Origin: a bacterium
GTDB lineage: Bacteria; Hinthialibacterota; Hinthialibacteria; Hinthialibacterales; Hinthialibacteraceae
Direction: 5' to 3'
Length of the DNA: 64,000 nt
Assembly: GCA_963662285.2 (NCBI GenBank)
Contig: CAXXMV010000001.1
Span: 864,001-928,000 of the forward strand
In this document: one piece after another, positions 21,052 to 30,192 of the stretch
Numbering within the stretch: position 1 is the first letter of the stretch
Layout: the number at the start of each line of letters is the position of its first letter
The notes under the pieces: generated by a model
Told to the model about the DNA's origin: nothing
Databases searched by the model: none
What the model saw: the letters and a program-made list of their open reading frames with translations, nothing else
Position numbers and translations under genes: made by a program

Positions 21052-22326
21052 GTGGCTACTGAAAGCACAACACTGACTCGTTCACCATATCAAATACTTA
21101 AGATTTCACGCTGGTCAGATGTGGAAGAAATTAAAGCAAAATACTTCCAACTAGTGAAACAATTCAATCCTGAATATTTCCCTGATGAGTTTATAGAAAT
21201 TCGTACGGCTTATGATATATTAAAAGATGCAAATACTCGTGCGGCAACCGATGTGGAACTAATGGTAACGCCGCCAGCTTTCCATTGCCCGGATTTCCCT
21301 GACTTCCCAAAACAGATTTTATCCCTTTTCAAGTTAAATCAAGAATTAAAAACGCTCTGCGGAGACCGATCGCTTGAAAGCCTAACCGGGCAGGACCGTG
21401 AACAGGCCACCCATCTTTTGCGCGGAATCGGGCTTTATCACAGCTCTCACGATCAGATGGAAGAAGCCGTTCAATCCTGGGAGCAAGCCATTGCTCTTGA
21501 CGCCGATGATCAGTCATCTCTTCAAAACATTTATTTCGCCCGTTGGGCGGAAGGATGCAAAGCGGCTAATGAAGAACAATATGAAGCCGCCGAAAAATGT
21601 TTTACCGAGATTATCGAAAAAGGGGTGCAGCACGGCGCATTATATCAAAACCTTGCGCTTGCTCAGGAGAAACAAGGTAAAAAAGAAGAATCAGCCGAAT
21701 CCTGGAGTAAAGTTCTTGAATTCTACAATAAAGAACTTAAAGTAGACCCGGAAAACGATTACCTCAAACATTTCGTTATTGCAATTCATAAATATACCGG
21801 AGGAAAATTCATGGAAAGCGGACAAAATGTCTCAGTCGGCAATTCAGGATCTTCCAAAGAACTGGGATACGCCTGCATCCAAAAGGGCAACTGGAAACAA
21901 GCAGTTGACGCCTTCGAACGCGCCCTGAACGAAAACGAAGATGATGTAGATATTCTTTGCCAACTTGGCTGGGCTTATCTCAACACCAATGCTCATAACA
22001 AAGCGTTCCACATGTGGAATAGCGCCATGAAGAAAGCGCCGGGGAAACGGTCAATAGTTGATCATCTCGTGCGCGGCTATTCGGTGTTTGGCAAAAGACT
22101 CAAAGAACAGCGCATCTTCAATCAAGCTCTGGTTCAATTTAAAATAGCACTTAAGCATGAACCAAATAACCTTGAAATTAGACTTCTTTTGGCTGATACA
22201 TATTTCCAGATGAGAAATTTCACATCTTCGTTGCTAGAATACCAGAAAGTAATTGATATAGAGCCAAGAAACAAAGTTGCTCGTCAGGGTCTTAGAGAAG
22301 CTAAACGGCTTGGAGGGCTTCGATAA
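21052..22326 (+). CDS. Atypical J-domain plus TPR-repeat protein
   Basis: SPYQILKI...EEIKAKYFQLVKQF-NPE-...FIEIRTAYDILKD J-domain with NPE at the HPD position; multiple TPRs; GTG start. Confidence 0.8.
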   Translation: MATESTTLTRSPYQILKISRWSDVEEIKAKYFQLVKQFNPEYFPDEFIEIRTAYDILKDANTRAATDVELMVTPPAFHCPDFPDFPKQILSLFKLNQELKTLCGDRSLESLTGQDREQATHLLRGIGLYHSSHDQMEEAVQSWEQAIALDADDQSSLQNIYFARWAEGCKAANEEQYEAAEKCFTEIIEKGVQHGALYQNLALAQEKQGKKEESAESWSKVLEFYNKELKVDPENDYLKHFVIAIHKYTGGKFMESGQNVSVGNSGSSKELGYACIQKGNWKQAVDAFERALNENEDDVDILCQLGWAYLNTNAHNKAFHMWNSAMKKAPGKRSIVDHLVRGYSVFGKRLKEQRIFNQALVQFKIALKHEPNNLEIRLLLADTYFQMRNFTSSLLEYQKVIDIEPRNKVARQGLREAKRLGGLR

Positions 22327-22853
22327 TGGGGTGGTTCCAAGGATCAATTGATCCCAAAGAGGCCTTTCCCATAGAAAACCTTCCCCTTGAGACAATGGGA
22401 AACCAAAAGGGTGATGCTCTTGCTTTACTATATAATCAACCTAAAGAGAATAATAATTCAGTTGGCAGACTTCCCGCTCCAATAAATATTGACAGACCGA
22501 AAGAAGATTTTTTCCGTAGAATTCTGCCAATTTTAGACGGTTTTGATAATATATTCCGCTATGCGGATCGAGCTAATCTTGAGGGTGATGATACTCTTTC
22601 AAATTGGTTGAAAACTCTTGAGACTTTATATAGAAGACTCTTATCTACTCTAGAAAAAGAAGGTCTTGTTGCGATAGAATCAAAAGGATTGCCGGTGGAT
22701 TTCTCGATACACGAAGTGATCGATACGCGTGAAGATCCAAATGTTTCAGATAACACTATTATCGAAGAGATGGTTAAAGGTTATAAGTTTGGCAGGAGAG
22801 TTTTAAGAGACGCAAAGGTTATTGTCGCCAAAAAAATCATACCGGGAAAATAA
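22326..22853 (+). CDS. GrpE-like nucleotide exchange factor with divergent N-terminus
   Basis: ILPILDGFD, DFSIHEVI, IIEEMVKGYKFGRRVLRDAKVIVAK; start overlaps upstream stop (TAATG). Confidence 0.85.
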   Translation: MGWFQGSIDPKEAFPIENLPLETMGNQKGDALALLYNQPKENNNSVGRLPAPINIDRPKEDFFRRILPILDGFDNIFRYADRANLEGDDTLSNWLKTLETLYRRLLSTLEKEGLVAIESKGLPVDFSIHEVIDTREDPNVSDNTIIEEMVKGYKFGRRVLRDAKVIVAKKIIPGK

Positions 22854-23006
22854 TCCGGTGAATTTATAGTATATTATTCAATAGTATTTCTTAGTATTGA
22901 TTAAAGATATTAATGCAGCTGGAGAAAACCAGCGACAAAAATTTAATTTTAAGATAATATATGATATCCGATGTATATAAAAAAGCATCGGGGGAGCAGG
23001 TATTTC

Positions 23007-24761
23007 ATGGCACGTATTTTGGGCATTGATCTTGGAACAACCAATTCAGTTGTTGCGATTATGCAAGGGGATTCACCAAGCATTATCCCCAATGATGTAG
23101 GAGACCGCATAACACCCTCCATCGTCTATTTTCAGGATAATGGATCTCTTTTAGTCGGGAAAAAAGCCCGTCGCGCTGCTGGTCTAAATCCGGAAAGATC
23201 CGTCTTTTCCATTAAAAGACACATGGGCACAGCGTTTAGAGTAGAAGTAGACGGTCAAAAACACACTCCTCAAGAAATCTCCGCCGCTATCTTGCAAAAG
23301 ATGAAAGTCGACGCCGAAAATTATTTAGGCGAAGAATGCACTCAAGCCGTCATTACGGTTCCTGCTTATTTTACCGATGCTCAACGCCAGGCGACTCGTG
23401 ACGCTGGTCAGATTGCCGGATTCCATGTTCGCCGCATCATCGACGAACCTACGGCTGCTGCAATTTCTTATGGTCTTGAAAAAGAACAAGATCAAGTCCT
23501 TATGGTCTATGACCTTGGCGGTGGAACCTTCGACGTTTCCATCATCGAGATGGTGGAAAGCGTATTTCAGGTTCTTTCCATCAAGGGTAACAACCACTTG
23601 GGCGGTGACGATTTCGACCAGAGGATCGTTGAATATCTGATTAAGCGATTCAAGGAAAAAGAAGGCATTGATCTATCCAATGACACCAAAGCGCTCTTCC
23701 GGCTCAGAGAAGCGGCTCAAGAAGCTAAAATTGAACTTTCTGGAGTAACCAATACGCAAATTATTATTGATGCGATTGCAATGACCTCCAGTGGTCCTTT
23801 GACTTTAGATGAAGAACTCACCCGCGCAAATTTCGAGAGTTTAGTACACGATCTCTTGGAAATGACTATCGAACCAACTCGGCAAGCCATTAAAGACGCT
23901 GGATTAACTCCTGAAGATATTTCTAATGTACTTCTGGTTGGTGGCAGCACGCGCATCCCGGCGGTTCAACAGTTAGTCGCCAAAATCGTTTCCAAAGAGC
24001 CTCGAAAAGACGTCAATCCTGATGAATGCGTCGCCTTGGGCGCTGCGGTTCAAGCCTCTATCCTGGCGCCGCTGGATGATGAATTGGAAATGACCTCTGC
24101 TGACCAGATCAGCAAAGACGGTCCGGTTATCGTCCACTTGACGCCTTTCTCACTTGGCGTAGGGTTATCTGACGACCGTTATGGGGTTCTAATTGAGAGA
24201 AACTCCACTTATCCGACTGAAGCGCGTGATATGTTCACCACTACCCGTGATTTCCAGTCCGCCATCAGCTTCCCGATTTACGAAGGTGAAGAGATGATCG
24301 CTTCTCAAAACACATTTCTGGATATGCTGCGCATCGACGATATTCCACCGGCGCCGCGCGGCGTGCCTAGGATTGAAGTCACCTTCCGTCTGAATCAAGA
24401 CCGTATTCTTGAAGCAACCGCCAAAGATTTAACCACTAACAGAGAAATCAGCATTACCGTTCTTTCTACCGATAACCGGTTGACTGAAGAGCAAGTTGGC
24501 GATCTACGTATAAAAGCCCATGAACGCGTTAATGTTATGGTTGATAAACGTAAAGAAGATGAGATGGCCAACGAAGTGGACAGCCTCGTGTTTCGCGCCA
24601 GACGACTCTTCACCGACCAGGAAGATCCTCTGGCAGAAGAGGCCATGCAGATTATAAGAGAATTGGAAAATGCGCGTAATGAATCCAATGAAGAGTCTGT
24701 ACAAGAGAAATTCGGTCAACTCTCTGAAATGCTGGCTAAATACGATTCAGACGACTATTGA
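23007..24761 (+). CDS. Hsp70/DnaK paralog
   Basis: GIDLGTTNS, VITVPAYF, DLGGGTFDVS, VGGSTRIP, APRGVPRIEVTF; divergent linker and short C-terminus. Confidence 0.95.
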   Translation: MARILGIDLGTTNSVVAIMQGDSPSIIPNDVGDRITPSIVYFQDNGSLLVGKKARRAAGLNPERSVFSIKRHMGTAFRVEVDGQKHTPQEISAAILQKMKVDAENYLGEECTQAVITVPAYFTDAQRQATRDAGQIAGFHVRRIIDEPTAAAISYGLEKEQDQVLMVYDLGGGTFDVSIIEMVESVFQVLSIKGNNHLGGDDFDQRIVEYLIKRFKEKEGIDLSNDTKALFRLREAAQEAKIELSGVTNTQIIIDAIAMTSSGPLTLDEELTRANFESLVHDLLEMTIEPTRQAIKDAGLTPEDISNVLLVGGSTRIPAVQQLVAKIVSKEPRKDVNPDECVALGAAVQASILAPLDDELEMTSADQISKDGPVIVHLTPFSLGVGLSDDRYGVLIERNSTYPTEARDMFTTTRDFQSAISFPIYEGEEMIASQNTFLDMLRIDDIPPAPRGVPRIEVTFRLNQDRILEATAKDLTTNREISITVLSTDNRLTEEQVGDLRIKAHERVNVMVDKRKEDEMANEVDSLVFRARRLFTDQEDPLAEEAMQIIRELENARNESNEESVQEKFGQLSEMLAKYDSDDY

Positions 24762-24802
24762 TCTTCTCGTCGTACTACCCCTTAGTCCTTTACTGCATTA
24801 TC

Positions 24803-24830
24803 ATGAGACGGCTAATCAGCCGTCTCATTT
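24803..24830 (+). terminator. Hairpin after the Hsp70 gene
   Basis: ATGAGACGGCT-aatc-AGCCGTCTCAT-TT; short U tract. Confidence 0.55.
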
Positions 24831-25038
24831 CGTTGATTGAGATTAATAGATTTTTTTCGTGACGCGCTATTCTTGTCAATCGTTACCATTTTAGAGAGTA
24901 GTTTGTATAATGACGTTCTGATACGCGTCTCTAAAAAATAAATAAACCTGATTTTTTAAATATATCGTGATTCGAATCCTGATTTATTTTTGAAGATTCG
25001 CTTCTAAAGTTTTCAGGTATGGAGAAAGGAATAATCGA

Positions 25039-26631
25039 ATGGATACCCTCCAGTGTCCTGCATGTGGAACCATAAACTCCGGACAAGCGTTAGTTTGCCA
25101 GGAGTGCAATGAAGACCTCAATACAATCAAAAACGTTCTCGATACAGCTAAACAGCATTACAACGAGGCGCTTGCCTTAGCGCAGAGTAATAGATTGGAT
25201 GAAGCTATCGGCCAGATAGAAGCGGCGTTAGCCATAACATCACATGATCCGAACTATCATCTCCTTCTGGGAACTCTGAATGCTCAAAAAGAGAACTATG
25301 ATGGCGCCATCATGGCATGGGAACGCTGCCTGTCTATAAATCCCGATATTGAAAAAGCTTACCACAACATCGAGAAAGCCCATCAAATGCACGAGGAGGA
25401 AGAATACGAGCAACGCAAGCGCCCTTTCCTGCTCGGCGCCATAGGCGCAGGCGTTGCGGCTGTTATATTCCTCTTTTCCACCGGATTCTTAGCTGGACAG
25501 CTCTATTTCAAGAATAGAGAAATCACTCAACTTACGTCAATCCTGGAAACAAAAAACAATGAGACCAATGACTGGCGTCAAAAATTTATCACCCTTAGTG
25601 AGAATTTCCCCAAAGAAGGTCTACAAGGGCTTCTAGCCCAAGTTTCACAATGGAAAACGCTGGCGGAACAACGTCAAATAACCATTGAACAAACTGAAGC
25701 ACGCTATAAAACCAGCATTGATCAACGTAATCAGGAAATTCAATCTCGACAGCAAAAAATCCAGGAATTAGAAAGTCAGATTGCCAATCTGCGCAAATCG
25801 ATAACTCAAATCAATCCATTAAGACACTCTCTCGTGGTCAAAAGCAAGGATATTGAAAAAAAAGATACTGTTATAAATGCGCAAAATGCCAAACTACTGG
25901 AAAACAAGAATCAAATCAGTCTGCTATCACAACAATTAGCAGCAGCGCAGCAACAAATCGATGCGAATAAAGCCAGTCATCAGGATGCTCTGACCCAAAC
26001 GCAATCCAACGCTGGTAAAGAGATCGAAAACCTGCGTATAGAGATACAAAAACTGCTCGACCAAATTGCCGAGAAAGATCGTGAATTGACCGACTTGGAA
26101 TATGCCGATAATTTAGTCGTAGAAGCGATTCAGAAATTTGAAGACAATAAATTCACCGAATCTTCATCTCTGGTTCAAAATGCTCTGGAACGGAGAAAAG
26201 ATCACGCTCCTTCTCTTTATATCCAAAAAAATCTTCAAACAATTCTTTCTAATCCAGTAGAAGAGGAAGTCTATCGACAGATTGCAGCAAACCGACCATC
26301 AATGCGTACTCAAATTCGTACAGAATTAGCCAACCGGAAAATAAACCAGGCCATGAACTATCTTGGCCAAGGAGAATTCGATAACGCTATTAAAACCGCT
26401 CAGACCACCTTGGCTTTTCTCTCTGCTGATTCAAACGAAGCAAAACAATGCAACCAGCTAATTCAAAAAGCCGAAAAAGATGAAGCGGATATAACCCGTC
26501 AACTTTCTGAAGCGCGTATCTACATTGACGACAAAAATTTCAGAAAAGCCAAAACGCTACTGAAAGATATAATTAAGCGGTCGCCGTCTTTCACCGAAGC
26601 AAGCGTTCTTTTAGGCCAGATTGATCAATAA
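25039..26631 (+). CDS. Zn-ribbon / TPR / transmembrane / coiled-coil / TPR protein
   Basis: CPAC-x10-CQEC, about three TPRs, TM segment PFLLGAIGAGVAAVIFLFSTGFL, long Q/E/K heptad region, C-terminal TPRs. Confidence 0.8.
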   Translation: MDTLQCPACGTINSGQALVCQECNEDLNTIKNVLDTAKQHYNEALALAQSNRLDEAIGQIEAALAITSHDPNYHLLLGTLNAQKENYDGAIMAWERCLSINPDIEKAYHNIEKAHQMHEEEEYEQRKRPFLLGAIGAGVAAVIFLFSTGFLAGQLYFKNREITQLTSILETKNNETNDWRQKFITLSENFPKEGLQGLLAQVSQWKTLAEQRQITIEQTEARYKTSIDQRNQEIQSRQQKIQELESQIANLRKSITQINPLRHSLVVKSKDIEKKDTVINAQNAKLLENKNQISLLSQQLAAAQQQIDANKASHQDALTQTQSNAGKEIENLRIEIQKLLDQIAEKDRELTDLEYADNLVVEAIQKFEDNKFTESSSLVQNALERRKDHAPSLYIQKNLQTILSNPVEEEVYRQIAANRPSMRTQIRTELANRKINQAMNYLGQGEFDNAIKTAQTTLAFLSADSNEAKQCNQLIQKAEKDEADITRQLSEARIYIDDKNFRKAKTLLKDIIKRSPSFTEASVLLGQIDQ

Positions 26632-26645
26632 ACACACAGTAAACT

Positions 26646-26690
26646 AGTTGGTGAAATGCTTGGGATCACCCGGCATTTCACCAACTTTTA
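26646..26690 (+). terminator. Rho-independent terminator
   Basis: AGTTGGTGAAATGC..GCATTTCACCAACT-TTT. Confidence 0.75.
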
Positions 26691-26927
26691 TGTTGTAAAT
26701 CCAGCAAATAAATCCATTTAACATAAATGCCATCAGGTTAATAAACTATCAGTTAATTGGCGCCCTCTCTTAGTTTTTCTCATTCATCCATTTTTATGCA
26801 GTTCCAGATTGGATAATTCATCCGTTTTGCGTTACCATTATAGTAATTGATATGAGGATGTCTTTATTTTCTAAATTACATAATTTCAGAAACCGCTATA
26901 GCGGAAATTTAACAACGGATTCATCGT

Positions 26928-27695
26928 ATGTATTCAGATCAGATCAAATTATTGCTTGAGCAGGTTCGTGGAAATAGCATCTCCATTGAAGACGCTATGA
27001 CTGCTCTCAAACACCTGCCCTATGAAAGTTTAGGATTCGCCACAATTGATCACCACCGCTCATTGCGGCAGGGAGTACCTGAAGTAATATTCTGTCAAAA
27101 CAAGACGCTTGAAGAGATTACTGAAATTATTCATTGTCTACAAAACAAGAATCAGCCTGTACTGGCAACCAGAGCAACGCAGGAAACCTTTGAAGCATTA
27201 AAAGATATTTTCCCTGATGGTGAATTTTATGAACGATCCCGCGTAATCACCATCGGAGGTGATCATGCGCCTACTCCAGTTGGAAATGTTTTAATCGCCT
27301 GCGCCGGGACTTCTGATCTGCCGGTTGCTGAAGAAGCCGCTGTCACTGCTCAGTTCACCGGATCGAACGTGACCCGGTTAACCGATGTCGGCGTAGCAGG
27401 CATCCATCGTTTATTGGGTCGCCTGGATATTATCCACCAGGCCAATGCTATTGTGGTGGTTGCAGGTATGGAAGGCGCTTTAGCCAGCGTTATTGGAGGT
27501 TTAGCCGAGGCGCCTGTTATCGCCACGCCCACCAGTGTGGGATATGGCGCCAGTTTCGGCGGCATTGCTGCTCTTCTATCAATGCTGAACAGTTGCAGCG
27601 CAGGCGTTACGGTAGTTAATATAGATAATGGTTTTGGAGCCGGATTCGCGGCCAGTTTGATCAATAAACGCATCTGCCAAGCCAAAACGGAGTAA
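26928..27695 (+). CDS. larB: Nickel pincer cofactor biosynthesis protein LarB (PurE-like)
   Basis: IDHHRSLRQGVPEVIF, AGTSDLPVAEEA, DVGVAGIHRL, GMEGAL, VVNIDNGFGA. Confidence 0.93.
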   Translation: MYSDQIKLLLEQVRGNSISIEDAMTALKHLPYESLGFATIDHHRSLRQGVPEVIFCQNKTLEEITEIIHCLQNKNQPVLATRATQETFEALKDIFPDGEFYERSRVITIGGDHAPTPVGNVLIACAGTSDLPVAEEAAVTAQFTGSNVTRLTDVGVAGIHRLLGRLDIIHQANAIVVVAGMEGALASVIGGLAEAPVIATPTSVGYGASFGGIAALLSMLNSCSAGVTVVNIDNGFGAGFAASLINKRICQAKTE

Positions 27696-27700
27696 TCAGG

Positions 27701-29092
27701 ATGATAGATTCTTTTTCCCAACTCAATCCATTCAGGCGAAGTTATGCCCTCCTGCTTAAATGTTGTATTCTGCTAATCATTTCTTTGTCCACGCTTACGC
27801 TTTATGCTGATATAGTCACGCTTAAAGACGGCGCCACTTTGCGCTGTCAGGTGATCCGGGAGACCCAGTCGCCTGCCACAGGTGAACGCTATATCGAAAT
27901 CCGCATCGCCCAATCGATTATTTGGATTAACCGGGATGCAGTGGATCGGATCGACTCCACTCCGCCGCCTCAATCCACCAGCCTTGAAATGCAACAATTG
28001 ATAAAACGTTTGACTGCGGAAGGCATATTGGTTCCTTCAGTTCAAAAACAACTAGATTTTGACCAGAAGATAGTTCCAGAACCAGAAAAAGAGCAGAAAA
28101 TCCCCATAACTATCACAGACCTGCGCGGTTGGGCTTATATCTACCAAAACGAAAAGGCCATGAATGATGGACAGCGCATACTAGTGGCCATTGGTGATAC
28201 ATTGCCGCTTGGTTATATCCTTTCGCTTTCTCCTAATACCCGTATGACAATGAACTTAAAAGATGTGGGAGACATTGGGCTGGAAGCGGGAGCAGAAATT
28301 CGCTTTGATGAGATGACCAAAAACTCTTCAATGCTAAAATACACAATAGCGCTGCGACTGGAAAAAGGGCGCTGCTGGTTTGATATTAAATCAACCGAAA
28401 ATGTCATCCTCCGCACCAATTCAGTTCGCTGCATAATCCAGGAAGCTGTATTCTTTACCAATACTACAGATAAACCCGGCGCAATAGATATTACATACCT
28501 AAGAGGGAAAGACAGTCTCCGCTTTTCCAGAAACAGATTATCCGAAGAACCATCTATGGTTGATGTCGGGCAGATTCTGAAAGTTGATCCGGCGTCAAAT
28601 AAACTCCCTGTAGAAGCGGCATCCAACATTTCCGATCTGGAAGAGACAATAAAAACTTGGAAGGATTGGCAGCCTGAAAAATTGGATATTGCCATCGAAC
28701 AGGTTATTCCGCCATTAATGACCTTCCCTTCATTCCGGGCGCTGCCAGCGTTGCATCCTTACAAATTGAATATTGATCAAAGTTTAATGCTGCCGCCCGA
28801 AACCCGCAGTTTGGGTGAGATTCTCAACGTCTACAAAAAAGCGCTGCAACAATACCGAATCGACACTGGCGCTTATCCAACTTTTGATCAGGGTTTGGAC
28901 GCATTATTTCAAAGTAATGATAAAGCCGGATGGAAGGGTCCATACGTTTCGTTGGCTCTGCCGCGGCGTGATTCATGGGGTGAACCTTTCTTATATGATA
29001 TTTACACTGAAAAAGGGCGTACTTACGTAGATATCCGCAGCAAAGGACCCAACCGCAAAGATGATAAAGGATTGGGAGATGATTTCCGTTAG
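27701..29092 (+). CDS. Exported FecR-like domain protein fused to a GspG-like C-terminal domain
   Basis: Signal peptide; central FecR-like beta region (IGLEAGAEIRF..LRLEKGRCWF); C-terminal YRIDTGAYPT.DQGLDAL..GWKGPY..DSWGEPFLY..SKGPN..GDD. Confidence 0.65.
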   Translation: MIDSFSQLNPFRRSYALLLKCCILLIISLSTLTLYADIVTLKDGATLRCQVIRETQSPATGERYIEIRIAQSIIWINRDAVDRIDSTPPPQSTSLEMQQLIKRLTAEGILVPSVQKQLDFDQKIVPEPEKEQKIPITITDLRGWAYIYQNEKAMNDGQRILVAIGDTLPLGYILSLSPNTRMTMNLKDVGDIGLEAGAEIRFDEMTKNSSMLKYTIALRLEKGRCWFDIKSTENVILRTNSVRCIIQEAVFFTNTTDKPGAIDITYLRGKDSLRFSRNRLSEEPSMVDVGQILKVDPASNKLPVEAASNISDLEETIKTWKDWQPEKLDIAIEQVIPPLMTFPSFRALPALHPYKLNIDQSLMLPPETRSLGEILNVYKKALQQYRIDTGAYPTFDQGLDALFQSNDKAGWKGPYVSLALPRRDSWGEPFLYDIYTEKGRTYVDIRSKGPNRKDDKGLGDDFR

Positions 29093-29231
29093 GAATTTTT
29101 GCTGCTCAACAGCCACCTGAGATAATCAATTTGTCATAGGGATTGTTTTTGCAGCCGTTTTCCATCAATCTATTAATCAGGATTTATATATACTGATTAG
29201 ATAAATATTCTAAAACATGAGGAGAGTAAAT

Positions 29232-30110
29232 ATGAAGACAGTTTTATTCAGAATCTTATTGGTAATGATTATTGCATCAACATCGATACTAGTATGCCCG
29301 GAGGCTCCATTGGCTAAAGATTTCCCCAATGAATTGTATATCGGCGGCTTTCTTATCGGACCGCAGGTTTACAGTTTTAACAGATTCAGTTTTTTAGAAG
29401 CCATTGATATGGCCAAACAAGCCGGCGCCAGCGTCATTGAAGCCTATCCCGGTCAGAAACTGAGCCAGGATGATCCCCGGCCATTCAGCCATGACGCCAC
29501 GCCTGATGTATGGGCTAAAGCCAAAATCAAACTGGAACAAACCGGCATCCGCCTCGTAAACTATGGCGTAACGGGATTAAGTACAGATGAAGCAGCCAAC
29601 CGCAAGGTTTTCGATTTCGCTAAAATCATGGGCATCCCCTGCATCACGACCGAACCGGCGGATGAAGCATCATTTGACGTAATCGAAAAACTGGTTAAAG
29701 AATACGATATCAAGATCGCTATCCACAACCATCCACAACCCAGTAAATATTGGGATCCGAATTATGTACTTAAATGCGTCAAAGGCCGTGACTTACGCAT
29801 CGGCGCCTGCGCGGATACCGGGCACTGGATGCGCTCCAAAATTAAACCACTGGAAGCATTGAAGATTCTTGAAGGTAGAATCATCAGCGCTCATCTCAAA
29901 GACCTCGACAAATTCGGAGTGAAGCATGAGGGCGAACATGATGTACCCTTTGGTCAAGGCGTTGGACAGGTTAAGGAAGTTCTAGACGAACTGCGCCGCC
30001 AGAACTTTGATGGCAACATTTCCATTGAATATGAGCACAACTGGGAAAAGAATGTCGGTGAAGTCGCTCAGTGCATTGATTTTGTCCGCGAATATGGCAA
30101 AAACAATTAA
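29232..30110 (+). CDS. Exported sugar phosphate isomerase/epimerase (xylose isomerase-like TIM barrel)
   Basis: IAIHNH, ACADTGHW, HLKD, SIEYE; signal peptide. Confidence 0.88.
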   Translation: MKTVLFRILLVMIIASTSILVCPEAPLAKDFPNELYIGGFLIGPQVYSFNRFSFLEAIDMAKQAGASVIEAYPGQKLSQDDPRPFSHDATPDVWAKAKIKLEQTGIRLVNYGVTGLSTDEAANRKVFDFAKIMGIPCITTEPADEASFDVIEKLVKEYDIKIAIHNHPQPSKYWDPNYVLKCVKGRDLRIGACADTGHWMRSKIKPLEALKILEGRIISAHLKDLDKFGVKHEGEHDVPFGQGVGQVKEVLDELRRQNFDGNISIEYEHNWEKNVGEVAQCIDFVREYGKNN

Positions 30111-30131
30111 TTATTGAATCCAATAATTAAC

Positions 30132-30169
30132 AAAAGGCCGCCCAAATATCCCACGGGCGGCCTTTTTTT
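30132..30169. terminator. Bidirectional Rho-independent terminator
   Basis: AAAAGGCCGCCC..GGGCGGCCTTTTTTT between convergent genes. Confidence 0.85.
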
Positions 30170-30192
30170 GATATATATACTACAGTAATTAA

